Source of the DNA: an uncultured Rhabdochlamydiaceae bacterium
GTDB taxonomy: Bacteria > Chlamydiota > Chlamydiia > Chlamydiales > Rhabdochlamydiaceae
Direction of reading: 5' to 3'
Length of the DNA stretch: 64,000 bases
NCBI GenBank assembly: GCA_963712275.1
Contig: CAVQHD010000001.1
Location: 544,001 to 608,000, forward strand
The first letter of the stretch is position 1, and every line of letters starts with the position of its first letter. Of the stretch, positions 1 through 9,464 are shown one piece after another. A model generated the notes under the pieces. The model did not search any database. It was not told where the DNA came from and saw nothing but the letters and a program-made list of their open reading frames with translations. The position numbers and the translations under genes were made by a program.

Positions 1-2750
1 AGCAAAACTACCAGACGATCTTGAAGACAGCCGACGACCATGTAAAATCGAATTTAGAGCGAGGGTTTAAGGCAAAGGTCGGCGGGTACCATCTAAAGTC
101 GCCCGAGCAGATTAAAGAAGCCTTTTTTCGAGGAGAAAAAATCAAATGGACAAAGAGAGGAGGGCAAACAAAAACAATCCAAGTGAAGACCTCTGTCCCG
201 CAACAACATCAGGAGGCCCAGCGTACTGTAGAGGCAGCGCAGAGCCAAGTTCGCAAGCTGCAAAGTTCTCTAGAGCAGAAGCAGGCCGCCCTAACTGCCG
301 AACAACATCGGTTGAGCGAGCAGCAGCAAAAGGTTGATCAAGACCGCCAAGAAGTTCACGCCAACCAAGGCTCCATTGAAAAGCAGCAGCGGCATGTTGC
401 TGAGCTCAAGACGCAATTCCTCGAGACGCAAGGACAGCTCGAAGCAGCTTTACAGAGGCAAAATTATTTAGAGTCTCTTTTTAAAAACCAGCAAGCAGCT
501 GTTCAAGCTGCTCAAAATGTCTATCAGGAGCTTTGTAAAAGCCAAGCGCAAGGAGAGATGTATCCCATCAGACAAAAAGATCGTGCTCAGCTGAAAACTC
601 TGCAACCCGAAAAGGTGTCTTATGTTGATTGCGGGATGAACGATCTGATCCCTCATGTGGTGCTTGTTCATGGATTAAATTGCACACAATGGGTTGAAGG
701 AGTTGATTTAAGCTTGTCAGGAGATGATTATCAGCTATCTCTTATTCAAGGAATATTTAACTCAGATGGTACAATAGGCCACCATTTGCAGCTTGAGAAA
801 CGAGAATTCAAAGAAGGGTTAACAGATAGACCCCACATACATTGGAGTTGGAATCAGTTAGTGCAACCTCATGGTGGTACAGTTCCGAAGCCTAAATACA
901 GCTGGGAAGGGGCCCAAATTGCTTTGCTCGAGCCTCTCTTAATATTTGAAAACTCATCCAATCAGAAACCCATTGGGGTAGCGCCTTATGATACCATTAC
1001 GATAGGTTCGCATTGTCCGTCAGATAAATCGACCCTTGTTGTACCGGCGGCTCTTTTTCCTAGAGTAAAATCTTACCTAACAGGTTTCCAAGGAAAATAT
1101 ATTGTCTATGATGCATCAAAACAAAATATAAGATCAGCTGTTATCGATGCCCTCAAAACTTATTATTCACAAACATGGCACGTTTGTGATGAAAAAGGGC
1201 AATTGATTGGTCATGAAGTGAAACATTCAGCTTTAGGCTATGCTCCTAAAACTTACTTGAAAACGACAAACGGGCAGGTCGTCTGTTTGATACAAGAGGA
1301 TGGCAAGGAGTCTGAACAACAAATTTCCAAATCTATGAAAGAATACGCTGCGTCCAAACGCTTTATTGGATTACATGCTCATTCGACAACCTACATGCTT
1401 GAAGTTGGAACTAGTGGTTATTTCCCCACTTTAAAGCAATTTACGACCCATCCTGCCATTGTCAAGAATCATCCGCTGTTTGCCGGCACCATTCAAAGCA
1501 TTGAGGCTTTGGGCAGCATGGGGTCCTTGAAAGCATTCAAAGAGTTTTATGAACAACTGCTGATAAAGCATGATTCCAGAACCGGCGCGCAGTATGTTGC
1601 AGACTACATTCTCAATGAAGCGATGCATGCGGATCTTGTAAGTTTGTTCTATCAAGGGAATCCAGATACAGAGTTCGATCTCTGTGCTTTTGATTTAAGG
1701 ATGATTTTTACGTCAAGTCGAGCCTATCTTATCAATCTTTTAGAGAATATCGGCCGGTCTCTGCAACTTAACCAAAAACAAAAGGCTTTTGAATTTTTCA
1801 AGCTCTATTGTTCCCAGCTTCAAGAATGTCTGCTTCATCTACAGCAGGCTAAGAAGGAGGCGTTATCACTCTCAAATTTAAATGGGGAAGAGAACAATGC
1901 GATTGAGAATAAGGAGCCGCTTTGTCTTACGGTAGCTCAAAGTGAATGGGAAAAGATTGAGATGGCCGCATCAGTCGAATTTGATCTTGGCAAAAACTGG
2001 CCTTTAAATGATCAATTTTATCTCTATGTTGATAAGATGCTTCGCACGCTGCCAACAGATGCCGCAAAATTAAGAAAATTGTATCTACAATTATCCTCCC
2101 TGCGACTTCAAGATGTCAATGATCAGAAAAAGCAATGCCACTTAGAGGTCGTTTGTAACATCATTCAATGGACCTTTCAGGAGAAAGTTTACCTTACTTT
2201 AAGAAAAGACGACCTCAGCCCAGTACTGGTAGACAGGTTATCAAAACATGAGAACTGGCTCGCAGATTACGGTCTTGAACTTGCAGACTTTACTCAATAT
2301 CTTGGGGATTGCCTGTTCGACAACGTTGCAGCTCAGCTTCGCGATAGGAGTTCACTCTCATCCCAGCAATTGCGACAAAATGTGGTGAAATTCCTACACC
2401 CGCGAGAGCAAGAATATGCTTCAATGTGCAGGGACAAAGAAAATCGACTGCAGGTCGGCGATGGCATAGAGTTTGTTTCTTTTAATAGTTGGGAAGAATA
2501 TCTAAGGTGCATCGCTCAGCCGCTGGTTTGGGCAACGGAACTCGAAGTTCATGCCCTTGCCTTCATGTTAGATTGTCCTATCGTTTTGATGACCTTTGGA
2601 GCCAAGCCAAAAATCTATCATTCTGGTGCAAAAAATAGCCCTCTCATCCTTCACTATGTCAATACGAATCATTTCGAATCTTGTGTGCCTTTTAAGGGGT
2701 TAACGCCGTTGGATGTTTATCCAAAGATTCGAAATGAAGAGCATTATTGA
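1..2750 (+). CDS. Large effector-like protein with N-terminal coiled coil and C-terminal OTU-like cysteine protease domain (5' truncated by window edge)
   Basis: Frame is open back to the window start. Q/E-rich heptads at aa ~60-175. C-terminal LGDCLFDNVA...WATELE...HYVNTNHFES matches OTU Cys/His motifs. Confidence 0.65.
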   Translation, partial: QNYQTILKTADDHVKSNLERGFKAKVGGYHLKSPEQIKEAFFRGEKIKWTKRGGQTKTIQVKTSVPQQHQEAQRTVEAAQSQVRKLQSSLEQKQAALTAEQHRLSEQQQKVDQDRQEVHANQGSIEKQQRHVAELKTQFLETQGQLEAALQRQNYLESLFKNQQAAVQAAQNVYQELCKSQAQGEMYPIRQKDRAQLKTLQPEKVSYVDCGMNDLIPHVVLVHGLNCTQWVEGVDLSLSGDDYQLSLIQGIFNSDGTIGHHLQLEKREFKEGLTDRPHIHWSWNQLVQPHGGTVPKPKYSWEGAQIALLEPLLIFENSSNQKPIGVAPYDTITIGSHCPSDKSTLVVPAALFPRVKSYLTGFQGKYIVYDASKQNIRSAVIDALKTYYSQTWHVCDEKGQLIGHEVKHSALGYAPKTYLKTTNGQVVCLIQEDGKESEQQISKSMKEYAASKRFIGLHAHSTTYMLEVGTSGYFPTLKQFTTHPAIVKNHPLFAGTIQSIEALGSMGSLKAFKEFYEQLLIKHDSRTGAQYVADYILNEAMHADLVSLFYQGNPDTEFDLCAFDLRMIFTSSRAYLINLLENIGRSLQLNQKQKAFEFFKLYCSQLQECLLHLQQAKKEALSLSNLNGEENNAIENKEPLCLTVAQSEWEKIEMAASVEFDLGKNWPLNDQFYLYVDKMLRTLPTDAAKLRKLYLQLSSLRLQDVNDQKKQCHLEVVCNIIQWTFQEKVYLTLRKDDLSPVLVDRLSKHENWLADYGLELADFTQYLGDCLFDNVAAQLRDRSSLSSQQLRQNVVKFLHPREQEYASMCRDKENRLQVGDGIEFVSFNSWEEYLRCIAQPLVWATELEVHALAFMLDCPIVLMTFGAKPKIYHSGAKNSPLILHYVNTNHFESCVPFKGLTPLDVYPKIRNEEHY

Positions 2751-4027
2751 GAAAATATACAAAAGGTTTTTCCACTGTTTAGAAGTTTAAGATACTCGGG
2801 GCTATTGTGGGCGACATCCCTAGTGAAGCAGCTTATGCAAAAAAGCCCCCGCCCACGGTAATAGATAGGTCCTCCGCTTAGTAGAACACTTTGAGAGATC
2901 CCATGTTCTTCTAGACCTGTTAACTTGGAAAGGTTACAAGGGAGTTGTGTTAATCCTGAATTATTGCTGATATTGAACCCTTTTAGGTGCTGGATCCAGA
3001 CGGCTCGATCTATCATTTTTCCTAAGATATCGCCTGTTAAATTCATATCACAAAAATGGAGCACTTCCAGATGCTTGAATCCATCGCTCTCGATCCACGC
3101 GTCTAGATCTTTGCTTAAGACTTGGTGATTGTGGGAGATATCCAGCGCTTGTAGATTCATGAACCCTGTTCCAATCCAACGCAATCCTTTGCCCGTCAGT
3201 TGAGGATTGACGGCGATATCAAGCCTTTGCAAATGGCTGAAATGGCCCGATTCTGCCATTTGTTTTAAATCATTATCTGTTAAATTCATATAATTGAGGT
3301 TGAGAGTCTTCAAGTGAGAAAAGCCAGTTTTCCCTAGCCATTTCAACCCTTCAACTGTCAGCCTGGGGTTTTCACTGAGATCTACTTCTTCCACATTTTT
3401 GAACCAAGGAGCAGCTCCTAACTGCTTAAGAGTATCGTCTGTTAAGTCAAGTTTACTGAGGTTGAGCTGTGTTGGAGGCTTCCAATCAGAGGTTTCTTCA
3501 TCGATTTTTTTGCTGAGTTTTTTCAGATCCAGGTATTTCAGTTCATCGGAATACTTAGTAAGCTCAAGTTTTACAGGAGGATGAGCATATTTTTGGCTTT
3601 CCTTAAGTCGTTTGAAGAGCAGGTTAATCTTGCGGGTTGCTTGATTGCTGAAATATTCATAACCTTTGATTCCTAAAAGGAGCCCTGCTGTTAGGGAAGA
3701 GAAAACCGAGATGCTTCTCATGGTGAGAGGATAAGATGAAAGCGCTGCTAATCCTATTCCTGTTAGCAGTGAAAACCCAACTTGAAGCTGCAAGATGCCA
3801 GACGAATACTCTTGAAAACTGTATTTTTCGCGAAGATAAATCCGGTCGATGAGATGAGTTATTGCTGCCCCGCTTACAACGCCTCCTGCAAATACTCTTC
3901 CATAGAGACCGCAACATGAACCGGTCCCCGCCGTAATGATGTGAAGAGTCCACTTTTCCCATTGGATGGAGGAGAGTTCTTGCAGCGCCCGCCAACCTGT
4001 TGATATAAATTTTTCTAATACTTGCAT
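2744..4027 (-). CDS. Leucine-rich repeat protein with N-terminal hydrophobic segments
   Basis: Repeated LxxLxLxxNxxLT motifs (RI-like LRR); hydrophobic N-terminus. Confidence 0.8.
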   Translation of the reverse strand: MQVLEKFISTGWRALQELSSIQWEKWTLHIITAGTGSCCGLYGRVFAGGVVSGAAITHLIDRIYLREKYSFQEYSSGILQLQVGFSLLTGIGLAALSSYPLTMRSISVFSSLTAGLLLGIKGYEYFSNQATRKINLLFKRLKESQKYAHPPVKLELTKYSDELKYLDLKKLSKKIDEETSDWKPPTQLNLSKLDLTDDTLKQLGAAPWFKNVEEVDLSENPRLTVEGLKWLGKTGFSHLKTLNLNYMNLTDNDLKQMAESGHFSHLQRLDIAVNPQLTGKGLRWIGTGFMNLQALDISHNHQVLSKDLDAWIESDGFKHLEVLHFCDMNLTGDILGKMIDRAVWIQHLKGFNISNNSGLTQLPCNLSKLTGLEEHGISQSVLLSGGPIYYRGRGLFCISCFTRDVAHNSPEYLKLLNSGKTFCIFSQ

Positions 4028-4123
4028 CTAAATTTTTTTAAGCATATTATAACTCAATTAAATCTATTCTATCAATTTTAAAACTTTTATTGAATATGCT
4101 GTTTCAGCAGCTATGGATAAAAC

Positions 4124-5611
4124 ATGACGCCGCTGCAAGCGCTTTCTCTTAGAACTCTCGCCCAAGGAAAAGGATTCTTCTCAACTGTATTTGGGAAATA
4201 TCAGGTGATGCACCTATTGAGAATAGAGCAAGGATTAAGTTGTGGGCTATGCGCACAGTTTTTTGCCGTGGGCTTTAGCTGCGGGGCAGTTGCCGCTTGG
4301 GTGATCGACAGACGTTTGAAGGAAGAAAAAAGTTTTACCGATTACCCTAAATTGATTTCGCAAACGGTTTCGCAGGTTTCCACTTTAGCGATAATGGCAA
4401 TAGGAGTTTTAGCACCAATAACAGCAGGAGTTTTAGCGCCAATAGTAGTAGGAATAGCAGTCGGAGTAGACCTGCTTGCGCTAGCCGATAGAGTTAATAA
4501 TATTTTTTTAACTGCCATTGGTGTCAGTATTTCCTTAGCGGCAGGGTTTGTTGCAGGGATAAAAATGGCAGAATATTCTATTGATAGAAGCGATCATCGA
4601 ATCGCTCAGCTGGCGCAAGTACTTAAAAAAAAGATGGATCAGGATATTGAGTGGCGGCTGGGAGATGGCCTCGTTTTCTGTCAACTCAAACTGAGCGATT
4701 ACAGCTCTTATTTTAAACGTCTTGATTTGAAAAAATTACTTATTAAATTCCAACAAGGATTTAACCCTGCGCACGGAAAAGAACCAGTATACCTGTCTCT
4801 CTCCGATATGGATTTGACGGATTCAGATCTCAAACGGCTGGGGGAAGCCGGCTGGTTTGAGGGGCTGAAAACACTTGATCTAAGCAATAATCCCCTCATA
4901 ACGGCCAAAGGTTTGAGCTGGGTAGGAAATAAATGTAGTCAAACATTGGAGGGGCTGAATCTCAGCTGTACCAACTTAGCAGATGATGACCTACGACAGA
5001 TGGCAGAACTGGGCTATTTTAATCAATTGGAAGGATTAATTCTTGGTGAGAACCCTCGTCTCTCAGGAGAAGGGCTTGCTTGGATGGCAGAAAAAGGATT
5101 TAAAGGGCTGAAAAGGCTAGATCTAAGTGGGAACTCGCAAGTGCTAAAGAGAGGGCTAAGAGAATGGCTAAAAAAAGAAGGATTCGAAAATCTAGAGATT
5201 CTTAATCTTAGTATGACGGATATCATAGAAGAAGACTTAGAAAAGATGATAAGAGAGGCCAAGTGGTTTAGAAAACTTAAAGGACTTGCGCTTCAACGTT
5301 GTTGTTGTTTGAAAAAATTTCCTTCTAATATTTTAGAACTAAAAGAACTTGATGATTATAGCCTTAATCGTAGGGATGCGATGCATGGTGGAAGATTTTA
5401 CTTCCAAGGTCTTTTTTTTCAAGGGTGTGAAAATTTAACTTATACTCAGGAAATTCTACAATTGGACATGGCTCGCAAGGTTTTAGGGTGGGGAGTTGCC
5501 GGTAGTAAACGTTTATACGGGCTTAAATTTCCTAAAGAATGGGATCTCGAACGTGTGTGTAAATTTCACAAAGTGCCTTTTAGGCGGGAGCCGCTGATAT
5601 GCGCCTTTTAA
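4124..5611 (+). CDS. Leucine-rich repeat protein with N-terminal hydrophobic segments (paralog of 2744-4027)
   Basis: LKTLDLSNNPLIT, LKRLDLSGN repeats; shares LDLKKL and DLTDxxLKxLGxAxWF with its neighbour. Confidence 0.8.
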   Translation: MTPLQALSLRTLAQGKGFFSTVFGKYQVMHLLRIEQGLSCGLCAQFFAVGFSCGAVAAWVIDRRLKEEKSFTDYPKLISQTVSQVSTLAIMAIGVLAPITAGVLAPIVVGIAVGVDLLALADRVNNIFLTAIGVSISLAAGFVAGIKMAEYSIDRSDHRIAQLAQVLKKKMDQDIEWRLGDGLVFCQLKLSDYSSYFKRLDLKKLLIKFQQGFNPAHGKEPVYLSLSDMDLTDSDLKRLGEAGWFEGLKTLDLSNNPLITAKGLSWVGNKCSQTLEGLNLSCTNLADDDLRQMAELGYFNQLEGLILGENPRLSGEGLAWMAEKGFKGLKRLDLSGNSQVLKRGLREWLKKEGFENLEILNLSMTDIIEEDLEKMIREAKWFRKLKGLALQRCCCLKKFPSNILELKELDDYSLNRRDAMHGGRFYFQGLFFQGCENLTYTQEILQLDMARKVLGWGVAGSKRLYGLKFPKEWDLERVCKFHKVPFRREPLICAF

Positions 5612-5657
5612 GTGGAAATCGATCATATAAGCTTCTTGTCTACAAAAGTTGATGACA

Positions 5658-8600
5658 TCAATGCAGCGGCTTGCGCGGCTCCCCTTCCCGCACGCCTAGG
5701 TTGCCGTATCGGTGGTAGTCGTAGCTGATGGCGATTTCCCGCAGGTAGTGGAGGAGCTCGAAGCGGCCGTTGGCAAGGACAGGGGCGGCATCGAGATAGC
5801 AAGCCGATTCAGCGGCAGCAGAGTGCCATGCGGCTTTGGGCGAGGAGAGAAGGCGGACGCGCTTGAAAACACCTTGCTTCACAGAGCTCAGAAAGTGTTC
5901 TTCGCTCTCCTCGATAAAATGGAAGATTGGCATGAGGCGCTTCCACTGAGAGGTCATTTCAAGAGGTGTTTCTCCTGGAGTCCAGCTGATGTGCATCGAG
6001 GTTTCGCACAAAAGGGCTGCGGCGCAAACCCGCAAGAGATCAAGAGGAGCATCGCTGAGTTGGATCCGGAAGCAAAGACGGTGATGGGGGCGGTACTGAA
6101 AGAGATTGTCTTGCCCTAAGATACGAGACGGGTCGTGTTCGTGTTTGAACCGGTGGGCCCAGAAGGCATAATGGGAAAGGCTGCTCTCCCAGAGGGCGAG
6201 CTCTTCGGCCTTTAGAGGAATTTTGTTGAGGAGCGCTGAAAGCTTTTTAATCATCGGTGGGACATCTCCCTTTTCCTTGGGGAGGGCTTTTTGAATGGGG
6301 TGAGAGAGCTGGGCAACGTAGTTGGGCCCGCCTGCTTTTGCTCCATGCCCATAACTGCTCGCTTTACATCCTCCAAAAGGCTGCCTGCGAACGATGGCTC
6401 CTGTGAGGGTTCGGTTGATGTAGAGATTCCCTGCTTCGATCCTGGAGAGCCAAAGCGCATGCTCTCGTTCATCCAAGCTGTGGAATCCAGAGGTGAGTCC
6501 ATAGGGAGTTCCATTGGCAATCTGAATGGCATGTTCTAAATTTTCAGCTCGCATCACTGCAAGAACAGGGCCAAAAAGTTCGGTTTGATGCATGAAGCTT
6601 CCCTCCTTCACGCCCCACTTGACTCCGGGAGACCAAAGGCGGGGATTTTGAGGATCTTGCTTAGGCTTTACAACCCATTCTTCTCCAGGCTCTAATGTTG
6701 TCAGGCCTCGGTGGAGCTCTTGTGCGGCCTCTCGAATGAGGGGGATTACTTTAGAGGAGGGATCCCAGGCAGAGCCCACTGTCAAACTTTCGACGGCATC
6801 TTTGAGCTGCTTTCGGAAATGGGGATCGTCGTAAACTTCCGCTTCTAAAATAGCTAAACTCGCGGCGCTGCATTTTTGCCCTGAGTGGCCAAAGGCTGAT
6901 TGAACGAGATCTTTGATGGCAAGATCTCGATCAGAAAGAGCGGAGATAATCATCGCATTTTTACCGCCGGTTTCAGCAGAGAGGTCGAGTCCGGGACGCA
7001 TCTTTAAAAAGAGGTGGGCGGTTGCTGTCGCTCCTGTTAAAATCACTCCATTGATGCGAGGATCTTTCACAAGCTTGCTGCCGACCGGGTCATCTTCGCA
7101 ATTGATAAACTGCAGCGCTTCCTTGGGGATCCCGGCTTCCCAGAGCGCATTCACAAGAATCCACCCTGATAAAACAGCTTCAGGCGCAGGTTTGAAAAGG
7201 ACGCAATTTCCAATCGCGAGCGCAGCTAAAATGCCCCCGGCAGGAATCGAGATAGGAAAGTTCCAAGGAGGAGCGACGAGGTAGGTCCCTTTCGGTTTCC
7301 ACTCAATATCGTGGCACGATGCCATTTTCATGAGGCTTCGTTGGTAGTATTCTGCAAAGTCGATGGCCTCTGAAATTTCTGGGTCCGATTCAAGAGCTGT
7401 TTTCCCGCCGTCTGCCATCATAACGCCGGTGAAATCTCCTCGCTTTTGCCTTAACATGCGAGCCGCTTTGGCCAGTAGCTCGCTCCGGTGCTCTGGCAAG
7501 GTAGAGCCCCATTTGGGCTCATAGGCTTTTGCAATTTTGAGAGCTTCATCGACTTGAGTCCAATCGGCAAGAGAGTATCGATAGAGAGTAGACTCAGGGT
7601 GAGAAGGGTCATCACCTGTGCCTTGAGGATCTGTTTGATGATAAGCTTTTCCTCCGATCACGCAGGGGATTGGTTCAATTTTTTTCTCTTTCCACTTGAG
7701 GGTGATTTGTTCGACCCAAAGCCGATTATGGGGGAGAGAAAAATCGGTATCCGATTCATTTTCGAAAGGTTCATTGAGATCGGTTTTTACGACTTCTTCA
7801 AGCCGATTTTGATGGCGGCGTGGGCCTAGAGGAGCCGTTTGAATTTCGGCGCATCCGAGCGAGAAAATGCGGACCTGCTCTTCCCATGCCGGTGCATTCG
7901 GGATGAGATCAAAGATATGTCTTAAGAAATTTTCTGAACCTGTGTTTTCATCAAGCCGTCGAATCAAATAAGCGACAGCGCTTTGAAAATCGGCTTTGGT
8001 CGCGATGGGACAATAGAGCAAAATGTCTTTTGAAAGTCGTTGAACAGCGCGCCTAACATGGTCTGCCATTCCTTCAAGCATTTCAAAAGAGACTTGTTTT
8101 TCGACTCGATACTCTGCTCGGAGAAGAAGAGCATAGGAGATATCAAATAAGTTATGGCTTGCAACGCCCAAGTGAACCGCTTTTGCATGGTCTGGAAGGC
8201 AGCCGTAGATCACCATCCGTTTATAGTTGGCGTCGACATCGATTTTATCTCGATAAGGAGCCTGAGGCCATCCACGAAGAGAAGCCTCAAATTGCTCCAT
8301 CGCAAGGTTGGCTCCTTTGACGATCCGAATTTTAATAGGAGCGCCTTTATTTCTGACTCGCTCCATCGACCACTCGGTGAGCTCTTTTTGAAATGCGTGG
8401 GCGTCTGGAAGGTAGGCTTGAAGGACAATTCCGGCTGAAAAATCGTGGAACTCCGGTTCGCTCAGAACTTTTTTAAAAAGATCGACAGTGAGCCTTAAAT
8501 CTCGGTACTCCTCCATGTCCAAATTGACAAACTTGGGCACCTGTGTTCCATCGGCCCGAGTGAAATGATTCGACTTCGCAACACGGTAAAGTTCTCGGAG

Positions 8601-9284
8601 GTGGCTGGCCAAAATATCCAAGGTTTTGTTCCACCCTAGTAAATTGATTTGTGAAAAGATTGTGGAGATCTTAATCGACACATACTCGATATCCTTCTGC
8701 GTCAGATCATGGAGATAGACTTGAAGGCGGCTTTTCGCCTCTTCTTCTCCTAAGATTGCTTCGCCAAGGTGGTTCAGATTAAGGCGAACCCCTTGCGCCC
8801 TGCGAAGCCGCATGTGTTTGGAGAGAGCCTTTTTCTCCCCAGGTAAAATCACCGTGCTTGTCTCTCGACGAAGAACCCAGGTTGCCAGCGGCACAAGAAG
8901 TGGAGCAAGCGGTTTTCCAACGAGTCGAAACATCGAAAGAGCGAGCCGCTTTGACCATCCCAAATATCGAGGGACTCCAAATTTTTTAAGCAGATAGACC
9001 ATTTGATAGGCAACCCTTTTGGGGACATGGCTCCGAAAACATTCATCGGTCATCCGAGTCGTAAACACTTTGCCGCGGGGATCTTGCATCATCCGCGCCA
9101 GCTCCCGTTGTTTTCGCTTCTCTTTTGGAGTTTGGATACGGTTTGCTTCATTCAAGAGATGAGCGGCCAGTTCAACAGCATACTTCTGCCGCTGCCCGAG
9201 GGTTAAAATTTTCCCCTCCACAGAATCAATGAGCTCTAGGGCTTCTTGTAAATGAGGGGATAAGGGCAACATCTTGTCTTGCAT
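5658..9284 (-). CDS. putA: Bifunctional proline dehydrogenase / P5C dehydrogenase
   Basis: NLDMEEY, RIVKGAN, RRLDEN (PRODH); PWNFP, AETGGKNA, GQKCSA, ELFGP (ALDH). Confidence 0.95.
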   Translation of the reverse strand: MQDKMLPLSPHLQEALELIDSVEGKILTLGQRQKYAVELAAHLLNEANRIQTPKEKRKQRELARMMQDPRGKVFTTRMTDECFRSHVPKRVAYQMVYLLKKFGVPRYLGWSKRLALSMFRLVGKPLAPLLVPLATWVLRRETSTVILPGEKKALSKHMRLRRAQGVRLNLNHLGEAILGEEEAKSRLQVYLHDLTQKDIEYVSIKISTIFSQINLLGWNKTLDILASHLRELYRVAKSNHFTRADGTQVPKFVNLDMEEYRDLRLTVDLFKKVLSEPEFHDFSAGIVLQAYLPDAHAFQKELTEWSMERVRNKGAPIKIRIVKGANLAMEQFEASLRGWPQAPYRDKIDVDANYKRMVIYGCLPDHAKAVHLGVASHNLFDISYALLLRAEYRVEKQVSFEMLEGMADHVRRAVQRLSKDILLYCPIATKADFQSAVAYLIRRLDENTGSENFLRHIFDLIPNAPAWEEQVRIFSLGCAEIQTAPLGPRRHQNRLEEVVKTDLNEPFENESDTDFSLPHNRLWVEQITLKWKEKKIEPIPCVIGGKAYHQTDPQGTGDDPSHPESTLYRYSLADWTQVDEALKIAKAYEPKWGSTLPEHRSELLAKAARMLRQKRGDFTGVMMADGGKTALESDPEISEAIDFAEYYQRSLMKMASCHDIEWKPKGTYLVAPPWNFPISIPAGGILAALAIGNCVLFKPAPEAVLSGWILVNALWEAGIPKEALQFINCEDDPVGSKLVKDPRINGVILTGATATAHLFLKMRPGLDLSAETGGKNAMIISALSDRDLAIKDLVQSAFGHSGQKCSAASLAILEAEVYDDPHFRKQLKDAVESLTVGSAWDPSSKVIPLIREAAQELHRGLTTLEPGEEWVVKPKQDPQNPRLWSPGVKWGVKEGSFMHQTELFGPVLAVMRAENLEHAIQIANGTPYGLTSGFHSLDEREHALWLSRIEAGNLYINRTLTGAIVRRQPFGGCKASSYGHGAKAGGPNYVAQLSHPIQKALPKEKGDVPPMIKKLSALLNKIPLKAEELALWESSLSHYAFWAHRFKHEHDPSRILGQDNLFQYRPHHRLCFRIQLSDAPLDLLRVCAAALLCETSMHISWTPGETPLEMTSQWKRLMPIFHFIEESEEHFLSSVKQGVFKRVRLLSSPKAAWHSAAAESACYLDAAPVLANGRFELLHYLREIAISYDYHRYGNLGVREGEPRKPLH

Positions 9285-9464
9285 CGGCTTCTCCTTGAGA
9301 GACTGCTATCGATTGTTTTCATATCAAAACCCAACCTTATGACAAATCTTTTTTTAAAAAGTTTTGAATTTTTGGAGTTTTCTCCTCCTTGTTTTCTTTT
9401 ATGTTTTTAGCTATGTTTCGGATTACAGCATCAATTACAAATGTGAAAGTCAAATGGAGGTCAA

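Noticed and set aside
5712..9206. Many short antisense or overlapping ORFs within putA (and likewise other long genes)
   Set aside because: Shadow ORFs of well-supported genes with no recognisable motifs
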